Shown here: positions 13,142-24,800 of the stretch, piece after piece
Position numbering within the stretch: the first letter of the stretch is position 1
Layout: each line of letters opens with the position of its first letter
Assembly: GCA_002633005.1 (NCBI GenBank)
Contig: NMRA01000009.1
Location: 1,695,858-1,759,857, forward strand
Reading direction: 5' to 3'
DNA: 64,000 bases
From: Phoronis australis
Taxonomy: Eukaryota > Animalia > Phoronida
Translations under genes and position numbers: made by a program
The notes under the pieces: model-generated
What the model saw: the letters and a program-made list of their open reading frames with translations, nothing else
What the model was told of the DNA's origin: nothing
The model's database searches: none

Positions 13142-15141
13142 TTGTTCCTGTAACCTGACATATTACAGCGAAAGGCTGTGTGTGTATTACATCAAGCTGT
13201 ACAGTTTAAAGTTAATAGTGAACTTACCCAGCCTGGATGCACCACTGACTTGACTACATGAAATAGGATATGGGTGTGTTTCATTGGTGAACATGTTTTT
13301 GTTTTGATTTTAAGTCTGTCAGAAGAACTGATTCAAGTTTTGACTTGGCACATCTAGTTTTGCTCATTATACTGCACAAGTATGGAGATCGTGTCAGGTG
13401 TTTTGTTAAACTGTCGCAAACTTTTTTTTTCTTAGTCTAAAGTTGAGTTTCTGAAATCTCAGTCAGTAATTTTATGAGAATTTTTATGATCCTGTGTCTC
13501 AGTGGAGATTGACGTGCTAGATTCTTAAAGTGCTTAAACTAGAGATATATTTTTGTGCAATGTATACTTGGGATACTTTTAGCCATTGTTAGGATGTAAC
13601 ATGTTTAGTCATGTACAATAGTTTCGTTTGTTATTTACTAAATGCATTGCGCATTGAAGAGTCTGCAATTTTGAGCATAAAACGTGTTTTGGAATTTATT
13701 TGTACCAAACCTACCACTTGACAATGTTTTGAAAATTTGTTGGCATTCAGTGTTAGAAGACCTTGAAAAATAAAAAATAGGCAATTTTTGCTTTGGTTGC
13801 TGGAAATTGGTGAAACTTTATCAGTTGAGGTATAGACTAAGATTAAGTTTATTTCCCCTCATGCTACCAACCATAAAATATGTGCAAAATTGAAAAGTTT
13901 TTATCTCAGTCTGATTTAAGGATTTTTTCCAGTTGAAAAATGAAATATTTTTGCATCAATAATTAGCACCCTTCAATGAAAAGTTGTAAAAACAAAATAC
14001 CAACCTACCCATCACAGAGGAGTGTGGGTAGGGTGAGGGAGAACCAGAAATATTCTGAGGAGACCCTAACACCAAAGGCGTTTGCATCAGTGTAAAGCAT
14101 GTGTTCCAATTCAGTTCATCTTTACGAAATAGTCTGTACAATGCATCAAACTTTTTCCTATACCTGGGATTGGTATGTTATAGTTCATTGTGTATTTTTA
14201 CCCTAATAATCATTTGAACATCGTTACCAATAGATTTTGCTTTAATTGGTTTATAGCTGTCAAACACTTAACTTATTTTATATGGATAAAACTTATTTTT
14301 ATAGCCTCAGACGGTTTGTCCTTCTTGTTTTATTATTTTGTTTCACTTGGTAAATGTTCACAGATTTAATCCATATCTGTTCATTTTCTAATACATTGTG
14401 AAAATAACTGATATGTGTATGTTTTCCTTTGTTGTGTAACCAAACGTATTTAAAAAAGTTGTAATTTTGTTATTGGCTAGTCTTGTTGTGAAATTATGTA
14501 TTATCAATATATGCATTGTTGGGCAAGATGGATGTTTTCCTGTATGTTTAGTGATTCCATCAAAAAACTGTTATCTTCAAGCCCATATCATGTCTTCCCA
14601 GATAATAATATTAAGTAATTATTCATGAGTTGAAAAAACAACTGTAAGATATAAGCAAAGGGCTGGATTTCAAAACAATTTCTTTTGAAATTATGAACTG
14701 TCACTTCTCTCCAAACCTTTCCCAGACCAAATGCCGGACGTCATATGTGGAGGTCGCAAGGTATTGTTTACTTTGTGAGATCCATGCGACGGGCGTTAGC
14801 GTGTAGCATGGTTAATTGGTATAGCTATGGGACACTTCCATTGTTTTCCCTTGCTGCATCTTTGTTAAATGTAACAATATAGGTCCCATCGATATCTTAC
14901 CTTGGACGCACATGACGTCACCTACAAATGCTTGCTATTATCTTTATTATAAGAAAGAAAAATTACTTCTAATGTTAGGCGGGACGCAGTTTTTTCGGTG
15001 GCCGCTTTAACTCTACTGAAAGTTAAAAAAAGTTACAAGTGTACAAGTGATGTCATGTAAGCCTACTCCCTGTCATGTAAGCGTACTTGGTGTACTCACT
15101 TGGTTTCAGTTCTACGGTGTGCTGGCAAGGTTCCAAACTGT

Positions 15142-15360
15142 GGAGGAGACCGTGTGGCTTAGAGGTTTGAGCTCCGGACTCCCGTTTGGGAGGCCCGGGT
15201 TCGAATCCTGGCTTCACTGGCAGACATTTGAGCGTTGCACAAAAGTGTCTCCTATTACTCCTCTGAGCTCGGCCTTACTAGTGATTATATGCAAGGGAAT
15301 GAATGAAAACCACTTCAGAATGCTCGGCGTCGAGTGTGAAATGTAAAGAATAGCCGAGAG
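15142..15360 (+). mobile_element. tRNA-derived SINE
   Basis: A box tggcttagagg (15155-15165) and B box ggttcgaatcc (15198-15208) at tRNA spacing, followed by a non-tRNA body; the 3' boundary is approximate. Confidence 0.65.
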
Positions 15361-16044
15361 AAACAAGTATCCCAGTTGTAATGATCTCAGAGTTACTGAC
15401 CCTTTTGTTAGGTTTGTGGCTTCAACTACTCGTAAGGCAGTGTAACTCTGACCATGAAAATCGTGCTTGTAAGCCTACATCAATTGTTATGTTAATTGTA
15501 AGTACTGTTCCAACTGTTTAGTATATTTTTTACTTTGCAGCGGTGGTGTTATATGCAGCGTTGTGCTGGTGGTGAATGACCGCCGGTGTCGACCTGCCGG
15601 ATAGATGCTCAGTCGTTTTGAAGTTCGAGTATTGAAAAAGCGGGAGTAAAAGGGGAGTTGAATTGATTAAAAATACATTCTGATTTATTGATGTCGAAAA
15701 TTACAAACAGTGGTTACGGAAAAGAATTTATCAAAAACTACTAAACAACTCTAAGACTTAGTAGAAACTATAAGGAGACTTACAACACATCACTCATATT
15801 GTCGAGAAATCTGACTGGAGCGGATTTCAAACCCCAGACAGCCAGCCAAAACTAGTAGTGCGCTGCTTTTTGTAGATCAAAAGAATGCACGTGAGGACGA
15901 GTCCAAAACGTGAGTGACGTAATAAACACCCCTATAAGAAGAGTCTATTAAGAAAGTGGCGCGAAACTGTAACTTTATAATTCACAAACGGAGGACGCGC
16001 CCGTCACGACTGTATTCTGTCTGTAAATTTGTAACCTACTATAT

Positions 16045-16282
16045 CATGCGGGGGGGGGGCTCCAACGAGCCCCTCATTTGACGAAGTGGGCAAAAAGGTC
16101 TGCCCCCGAGAGACAAGAAGTCCGAGAAAATAGAACAAAAGTCCACTAAAGAAGCGCAAACGCGCAATTCACACTGAGTGGTGCTTCCGTTTTTTTTTAG
16201 TCCGCCCACTCTTTTGTTATCAAAACAAGGTCCACAACGTCGGGAACTCGAGCCCCCATATTGAAGGCTGGGTGCGCGCATG
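16045..16282. mobile_element. PIF/Harbinger-like MITE
   Basis: Ends catgcg(gggg...) and ctgggtgcgcgcatg; 3-bp TAT duplication on both sides; internal aaaagtccac/aaggtccac motifs also seen in the 62004 element. Confidence 0.6.
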
Positions 16283-17164
16283 TATATGTTGTAAAATTCT
16301 TCATATTTGTCGGCTCTCTATTATTAAGGAGTGTATTATCGTAGCGGCGTAGCAGTCCTTGTTATCATGTACGCTAATATTTATTTGTTCACTTTACTGA
16401 ACGGAAATAAAATTTTGCCTATTTACTTACACTTACGTATGGAAACAAACCTTNCCCGTTGTATCTTGAGGCGTTGCGTAACGGGCATGTAACGTTATAT
16501 TGCCTTGTGGCTGGCCCGCCAGACTTTGGGAAACCCCTTGGTGACGTAACAAAGACAACATGGAATCCCTTGTCACAAAGTGCACATCGACTGCGTGTTA
16601 ACTTGCAATACCAGGTCGCGTGTAACGTGTCTTTCATATAATGTGTACAATCTAAATTAAGCACACCGAGTCAATTTCCGAAAGGCGGAAAATCTATTAC
16701 GCTACCTCTGTTTTCCCATTGCTTGACATACTTTTGAAATGAGGCTGGTGCTGGGTTCGGCTTGATCATGTGGAAGGTGGATGCTGTCATGAAGTGAACA
16801 CAATATTCTTTGTGGATGTAAAACACCCAAGTGTGTTTGATTTATCGTCGTCACCTATTGTAAGTATTCTACACAATCGTTGGTAAAATGGACTTTTACG
16901 AAGCTTGTGAATGACTACAAATTTCAAGGTCGTTCGTTCAAGGACTTTCCCAAGTCCAAGGTTAAACAGTCCGTGAAGGGAATCCCTCTAATACTGTCGT
17001 AGGTCTAGTGATAACGTAGGCGGTAACTGATAAGGAATGTAATCTTAACAATTTCCAAAAAGTAAACATCTTTCTTTAAACAACATGTAACGTAATGGGA
17101 AATTACATCATTCCTCGTACAGACGTAGTATCTTACACGATCGTTGTGCTGAACGTTTTTAACG

Positions 17165-17254
17165 GCTTGCTTGGCGCTCACTGCCGGGAGTGACGCAACC
17201 CAAATTCTTTAATTCTGTTAACTTGAAAGTCTGTACTCAAGGTAACTGAAGCAG
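17165..17254 (+). promoter_or_regulatory. Candidate SLC13 promoter / non-coding first exon
   Basis: CpG-richer patch ending in the strong donor cag|gtaagg (17254); a matching acceptor tttgttgtag lies at 21837, just upstream of the SLC13 ATG. Inference only. Confidence 0.35.
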
Positions 17255-18363
17255 GTAAGGAACTTAGATTTGTTTCCAATTTTACCATGTTATATATATT
17301 CAACCACAAAGAAACACCTCAGTATATGTATGTGTAATAGGTTGCCAGTGGTGATTTCCACTACTTTTTCACTGTGTGGTCGAAACCTATGATACACTTT
17401 AAGAAAGGGGCTGACACTTGGTGCTAGGTAATCGATGACGTCTGTAAAAATACAAAATTCATTACTTTATTCATTGATTTTTATATCAATAAAAATATCA
17501 TTAAACACCCTGAAGCAAGTGGCATCAGTCCATATATGGTTGGCACCTGCATTTAATGAATTGTGGATTGTGTGATTTCTATTAAGGCACTCCACCATTC
17601 AAATTTCACTGCATTGTTGTGGGTAAGGTCACTCTGATGAGGCTCACTTTGTTAAGCTGTCCTATTGTGTTGCACAGTATAGGGACCTGAACAAAAGGAC
17701 AGCTGTTGGAATAGCAATTGGGATTTCTCTTTTCTTGTGTTGTAGTTAACCAATTTTTGCCATTCAAACTACAAAAAGTTCAATTTTCAAAGGGGATACA
17801 GTTTTTAAAATGAATGGGGAAAGAATATTGTCTGGAGCAGGCAGTGGTTATCAGTGACACCCATCTGTGTTTCCTGATCCCCAACCAAATGAAGTCTGTC
17901 ATGAAAGTCTAGCCACTGTAATAAATGGTTATTGTAATCCCAGTCTATAAGAAGCGGTGTATGTACTTCATATTACCAATTCAGGATACAAATATTTGAG
18001 GTGATATAAAAATGTCTGTAGACAATGTTATCTTTACATGCTATGTGTCACGTAAACATCCCCTAGTACCTGGTCAATATGAGGGAGCGAGAATGGCAGA
18101 ACCACTCCTAAAAAGAACTCTCAAGTGTTTTCACCTAATCTATTGACGTAATTTAAAGCAGTTATAAATATAACCAGGAAGACATTGGTAATACCTCCCT
18201 GATAAAACGCACATCCCGAACTGACATTTGATTTAGACCATTTCCACTATAAAACTATTCCCAACTTGTTCTTTTCTCAAATGAGAAGTGATTTTTGGCC
18301 TCGCAAATAACTTACGGTTCATTATTTCTTCCGACCAAGTTCATTGACTGAAAATTTACCCAG

Positions 18364-18545
18364 CTTAGACCATAGACTATAGTTGTCTATAATCTATGCT
18401 TAGACCATAGACTATAGTTGTCTATAATCTATGCTTAGACCATAGACTATAGTTGTCTATAATCTATGCTTAGACCATAGACTATAGTTGTCTATAATCT
18501 ATGCTTAGACCATAGACTATAGTTGTCTATAATCTATGCTTAGAC
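18364..18545. repeat. Tandem array of five 28-bp palindromes separated by cttagac (35-bp period)
   Basis: Unit catagactatag-ttgt-ctataatctatg starts at 18371, 18406, 18441, 18476 and 18511; cttagac occurs before, between and after the units. Confidence 0.95.
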
Positions 18546-20144
18546 TGAAGAAATTATGAATGGCCACTTCTTCCAAAAGCCAGTCAGAGGTCACTTAAGA
18601 TAAGACTAATTTATGGTAAGTGGCCAAAATCAAAACTTTTTTCACAGAAAACACGGGTTTTATGATGCGTTGAGCAAGTGCTTTGAACCACTTCAAGTGA
18701 TTTAATTAAAAATAGGATTGTTAAAGTTGTTTTTATGCCTGTTTCCCAAGAATAAAGGCTTACAAGTGGAAGGCACCTCACCTGTGAATACAATGCTGAA
18801 GATTTGACATTTATCCAATTCATGAGAACTTATTCACAAATGAGGCGTTGTATTAACTGAACTGTGCCTGACTGACTTCTCATATTTCGTACTTCATAAT
18901 AAATATCACTTTTTGATGGCTCGTTTCTTCATTGTTTTTTTTTTTAAATGTAACTCATAGCATAATGCAGGTAAAATAGTTCGATATAGATTTTTCAATA
19001 CAGCACTGACAATGGAAGAAGAAATGCCAAGACTACCGCACATGTAAAGTTATTTTGAAATTAACATACAAAATTAGAACAATTTGTTTTTATCTTCCAC
19101 GTATACTTCACAAGCAGACCAGCTAAGTTCTATAACATTGAATGATTCAACAATACAATGAAAAGATTGCTTTGCTTATTTCATGAAAAATATGTTAATT
19201 TCATAATGATAATTATGTTTATTCTACTTGGAACAAAAGAAGAACTTATGCTCAGTAAATCAACTTGGGACTTTGCACAATTGCCTCTATGGATAGCAAT
19301 TACATTTTGTTCAGTATCAACGGTTTTTTGTTGCAGATGCTGTTTGTTTTATGAGCCGAATACATTTGTAAGAAATACAAACTGCAACGGGTCTGTGATT
19401 GGCTGGCCTAAATTAGACATGTATTTTAGTGTAAAGATAATAATTTCATTACTGTATGCTGTCAGTTGTCAAATGTTGGGTGTTGACTGAATTGGTGAAT
19501 ATTGTACTTGCAAGAAACTGAATCTTGAGTTATGTATGCTAACTGAAGGGAATAGGTAACTTGATGTTAAATTATATATATTGGAGCTGACATAATTTAC
19601 AAGTTTAATATAGGCAATATTTATAGTGCTTGTCAAAGTAGTTAAAAACAATTTCAGTCCCCAGCAAATATAATAGTCACAATGTCAAAAACAGATCAAC
19701 TTGTTCATATTCAAAAATAATGGAAGAGGTTTTTGGATTTGTGAAAAATTTACTCTTGTCTTTTGCTAATTGAATACTCATAGGACTGAGATCGGTGGTA
19801 CTAAACACAAACATTTTGTTATCAACTGTTCATTGAATTCTGATATTTTTTTACCTAAACATCATTCAACAAAGAATGGACTCACCGGAGACAGCCCAAG
19901 AGTTGTTATCTCTGCGGCGAAGGATGTTAAAGTTGAGTCTCCGATGAGTTGCCAGCAGTCACTGGTACGGTGCGCGGCTTTAGACGTTCTGCGGCTGGGT
20001 TAAAGATCTTTTATAGGCCTAACTATCCCCAATTCCCGTACCAGGATGAATTTCAAAAATAACTCGACTTGGGTGCGTCAGATGTGATATGCGACGTTGA
20101 TGTTGAAATTGCGCCATATTTTTATGTTGATTTCCTTTGTTGGT

Positions 20145-20738
20145 TTATAATTCATATATTGCAATGTAGGCATCCAGGGGAGGCTTGGATGTACTTGTGA
20201 CTGTAGAGTCGTCAAAATTTATCCATTCCCATGCTGACGATTTAACACAGCATGTGTAATGACCACCCGTCGTGTTTCTTCCATGGTGTTCAATGACTGC
20301 TTTTATTTTGTAGCCGGAGAGGTCATACGAGGAAATCTTTGTGTTGATTTTTTCACCATTAGTCACGGTTCGTAAGATATGAATACAAAGGTATTTTGGC
20401 GGTTTTACAAATGACCATGTGAGCTGGCCACTGAGACTATTACAGTGTGGGCAACTAAAGTCTTCGATGTCCAACGACGTCCGCAAGCTGTGCCACAACT
20501 CCTGCATAGTTATTTCTTTCCTTAGCGTTGGGAGGTAGACGGTCAACTCCCAGTCTATCTGTGTTTTTTCCTTTGTTGTTGTGCAGTTATTACAACTCCT
20601 AGTTTGCTTCTTTACGCGTTGGAAGGTACTAGTAACCTCAGACGTTACATTATCAGCGTTGTGAGCAAGTGTGTCTACGTGCCATTGGTTCAGTAACCAT
20701 AGTAAAAATTCATGGGCATCCTGTTGACTTCCGTTGTC
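20145..20738 (-). pseudogene. 5'-truncated, intronless compact ubiquitin-specific protease (USP/peptidase C19) fragment, probably of viral or mobile-element origin
   Basis: Open frame DNGSQQDAHEFLLWLLNQW...RSCNNC...SCPHC...PPKYLCIHILR...YKIKAVIEHHGRNTTGGHYTCCVK....WINFDDS.V......AYIAIYEL*. It has the QQD box, two CxxC zinc-ribbon pairs, the His box and the W..FDD motif; the Cys box and start codon are missing. Confidence 0.85.
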
Positions 20739-20910
20739 AAGAATAACAATGCAAAAAATATTTTAAAAGCAAATATGTAATTGTACTGAGAATGATGTTT
20801 TTGAAATAATTGTCTAAAGCTTAATAGCATACATGAAAAGAATTCATACTTTGACACCCTAGCCAGTCAAGATTGGGCAACTTGACCGGTTTGCGCACCA
20901 CAGAATCTCC

Positions 20911-21233
20911 TGGTTCTGTTCAAAGACACCATGCTGGTGTGATTCTGGTCATAGACACCATGCTGTTGTGGTTCTGGTCATAGACACCATGCTGGTGTGG
21001 TTCTGGTCATAGACACCATGCTAGTGTGGTTCTGTTCAAAGACACCATACTGGTGTGGTTCTGGTCATAGACACCATGCTGGTGTGGTTCTGGTCATAGA
21101 CACCATGCTGGTGTGGTTCTGGTCATAGACACCATGCTGGCATGGTTCTGGTCATAGACACCATGCTGGTGTGGTTCTGGTCATAGATACCATTCTGGTG
21201 TGGTTCTGATCATAGACACCATGCTGGTGTGGT
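20911..21233. repeat. Minisatellite, 29-bp unit, ~11 copies
   Basis: Unit ggttctggtcatagacaccatgctggtgt, with an internal cacca-tgc-tggtg hairpin. Confidence 0.95.
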
Positions 21234-21393
21234 ATTATATTGCCTCATGATGCTGACGTTATCGTTCTCTAGATAATGAGACCATCATAAGCTCATTAGG
21301 GACAACTATATTATTTAGTATTTCTAAATTTTCGTTTTGAAAGTTTATATATACCAAATTTGAATAGTTTGTGAAAAGCACACTTCATTAAGT

Positions 21394-21510
21394 AAATACA
21401 TAGATGGGTCCTCAGTAGCTCATTGGTAAGAGCACTAGATAGGCAATCTAGAGACCTGTGGTTCGATTCCCAGTTGGGGTTCCTGATTTTTCTGTGTTAG
21501 TATTTGATAA
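21394..21510 (+). mobile_element. Short tRNA-like insertion (pseudo-tRNA / minimal SINE, anticodon-position GGC) flanked by a 12-bp target-site duplication
   Basis: Cloverleaf-like 21406-21483: D arm gctc-attggtaa-gagc, anticodon stem ctaga/tctag with loop taggcaa, B box ggttcgattcc, T-run at 21487-21491. Direct repeat acttcattaagt at 21382-21393 and 21511-21522. Confidence 0.75.
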
Positions 21511-21865
21511 ACTTCATTAAGTTTTTGAAATCTGAAAATTGGACAAGAGACGTGACTTTTACAACCTAAAACATTTGTTTAATGTTGCAATAATATGTTC
21601 CTCATTAATTCTGCTGGGTGTGCAACACTATAATTTGGCTAGTTACCGAACCATTAGGCAGCAGTTGGATTTTGAGGTAAGCCATTAGTAGCATACAATT
21701 CTTAGCATGTTTTCTACCTAAGGGTGCTCGATACATGCAATGCCAAGTGAATCGGTGATTTATTTCTATATGTTTGCACAGTCATTTCAGACAGATAACG
21801 ACTAGGCAATGCTAATGTAACATATTATTTGTTGTAGATAAAAAGTACTCGCATTTGATACAAGA

Positions 21866-24800
21866 ATGGCGACACCAGGTGACAGTAATTTTTGCCTACG
21901 CATCCTTAAGGAACTCTGGTCATTTCGGAAGACAGTTATCATCCTTGGTATCCCCCTGCTGTTGATGATCTTGCCGATCGCGTCACCAACTGGGGTAAGT
22001 ACGTGCCATGGGAAACATTCTGCATGCATAGAACTCTGAGTGATGGCACAAAAGTGACCCACTTGCACTTGACCCTAATTCTGATGCCGATGTGCAAGAC
22101 AGACCGAGTTAGACGAAACGAAGAACTATCTCTTTTTGATTCACATACGTTTTAGTATTAGTTAAAAGTACATTTTTGTGTCAATTGTTTGACGAAATGT
22201 TGATCGCAAAGAGATATGAAAACCGCTGGGAAATCTGACTGCCGTAAATCCTCATACTGCGAGGGCTATCCATCAACTACTCTATTGCCATCTAGTGATA
22301 TGGCGTAATTTCATCTCCTCTATATGGAAAATGGCTGTTGTAGTGAAAGAGCAAGCAAGAGACTAATGATTGACCTCTAAGTTTAAGTGCATGTGAATGA
22401 CTTTGTGACTTAAAGAGGTGAATGAGCCTACAGTGACAGTTGTGAAGCCGCGGTTTAATTGATGTCTTTGTGGTCACTATGGTGAATTATGGCATAATAA
22501 AACAAGATCGTCTTAACCGGAACACTAATGTTGTGGTATAGCTGGATACAGAGATGGTATGCCCTCTGCTAGTAGATACAAAGATGGTATGCCATCTGCT
22601 AGTGGATTCAGAGATGGTATGCTGTCTGCTAGTAGATACGGAGATGGTATGCTGTCTGCTAGTAGATACGGAGATGGTATGCCGTCTGCTAGAAGATACG
22701 GAGAAAGGTATGCCGTCTGCTAGTAGATACGGAGAGGGTATGCGGTCTGCTAGTAGATACAGAGAGGATATGCTGTCTGCTAGTAGATACAGAGCTGGTA
22801 TGCCGTCTGCTAGTAGATACAGAGATGGTATGCCGTCTGCTAGTAGATACAGAAATGGTATACCAGCTTTGCTAGTAGCAGGTTGTTAGATTCAGAAGAC
22901 ACATTTGCTTATGCTCTTACACAGGTTCGGAATAAATTGTCGCAACTAAGTAAAATTCTCAAAAATCTGGTCTGAGTAAGGTGAAATTAGGCTTATGTAA
23001 AGTCTCAGTGTACAGATTGTTACAACCTTACGGCAGAACTTAGTCCAAGTTATGTGAAAATTGGCCTATGTTAGTTTTTCGGAATATGACTTATTTCAAG
23101 GCTTTATTCTGCCAAATGATTTTGTAATTGGCTGCATGTCCTCCTTACTGTTTGCAAAACTTAAACTTAACATAAAGTAAAATACGTAGTTGTAATGGAT
23201 TTCGTAATGTTGAACAAAGCTCTAAAAATCCAAAGTGACACAGTGGCAATCATGATTAGTTACCGGTTGTTGATGATAAAAAATGTTGATGAGTTTCTTT
23301 ATTGGTCATAATTCTGTTTATTGAGATTTAACTGGTTGTAAATAAAATCACCATTTAAGTTAATTGTCTTATTCAAGGTGCCCATGATCCTTGGAGGGCA
23401 GAAGCACACCTCACACTTAAGACTTTTTTGTTTTCGAAGTTTATTAGCGCGATTGCACATGGAAAAACTGCATCGTAGCACATGCTCTAATGTCTTCTTA
23501 AATTCCACAATGTTTAGAAATCAGTTTAAGTGTTATTGTGTTTCAAAAAATATCAGTGGCCTTCCTTTTTAGTCGCATTATAAACAATGGCAGGAGATGT
23601 GGTGGCAGAAGTAGATTCTTAAAGACATTCATCTCACTAGAAACCAATTACCCTGTCCAGATAAACAATTAGTTTGCTTGCCTTTCTGATGCTGAGTGTG
23701 TAATGCATAGAGAATATAGGCTACCATTAACTTGTCTTGAAAATTACCAGCATCCTTTGTCCAATGATTGTTAGAGTTGTCAAGACTTGATTAATATGTG
23801 TTATCTTATCTGGTCATTAACTGTGGTAAACAACACAGGCCTAATATACAAAAGCTTTAGGCTTAGAAGTTCCACTAGAAATAGTGTATACTCCAGATGT
23901 TTTTTCAGCAGGAAAAATTAACACTGACAGTAGGGATCCAGAAGACTTGACATGCTGACTGCTGATTATATTTCTATTTTTCTACGTGATTAGTTTACAT
24001 CTAGTTTATGAATCTCCACATACAAATAGACAGGTTCAATAGACACTGCAAAGTCTGGATTTCAGAAGGTTTTACGGTGAAGGGTCCTTTAACTACAGAA
24101 CATCTCATCATGATATTATCAGGCAGATACTCACAGTACAGTAATAATTCTTCAGTTTGGGAGATCAAAGGCATAATATGGCTGACAAGTGCATAAGGCA
24201 AAATATTGAAACTCAAAATGTGCTGGATACAATCAGCTGGTCAGGCTGGTTATGTAAGATTACCCTCTAATGATCAGCTCAGTTGGCAGTATAGCTCTTA
24301 TCAGGTCATTTGTTTTGAAACAGACTGTGAGACCTTCTTTCCACAGAGCACTGAATTACATATCTGTAGTACTAGGAATACAAGCATTACCTTGCTGGTA
24401 GTAAGAATGTGTAATTCCATATAATCCATATCACTGAACTTGAATGGGGTGCCTTTCTGAAGTAACATAGTGGGGTGCCTCCATTTGGAGCACCCGCTTA
24501 CTGACGGCCTTATCTGTTAACGATCTAGCTAGGTTAACGGGACCTCTGAAGTGAGGTCCACTATGTACATATAGCCTTTTAAACCTGTTATAGTTGTTCT
24601 CGTTTTGTTGATCTTCATTGTTATACAGTGACATAATACTCTAAAGAGAGTGTGGTCACTTAAACTAAGAAGAAGAAGAAGAAGACAAATATGTTCAAAA
24701 TATTCAGAGGCTTGAGCAGTAATAATTATCCTTTCGCACCACTCATTCGTGATTCAGTTCAGAGGCTTGTAATTGAAATGAAAAACTGGGAAGAAAACTC

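Noticed and set aside
15886-15915. gtgaggacgagtcc resembling hammerhead ribozyme stem II; also ctgatgag at ~17634 and ~46548
   Set aside because: No correctly ordered CUGAUGA...GAAA core with closing stems.
18364-18545. CRISPR-like array (palindromic repeats at regular spacing)
   Set aside because: The spacers are identical 7-mers, there are no cas genes, and the context is eukaryotic.
21406-21483. Functional tRNA-Ala(GGC) gene
   Set aside because: It lacks U33, has a bulged T stem and mismatched acceptor stem, and is flanked by a TSD; treated as a mobile pseudo-tRNA.
22554-22889. 111-aa repetitive ORF
   Set aside because: Translation of a 30-bp minisatellite inside an SLC13 intron.
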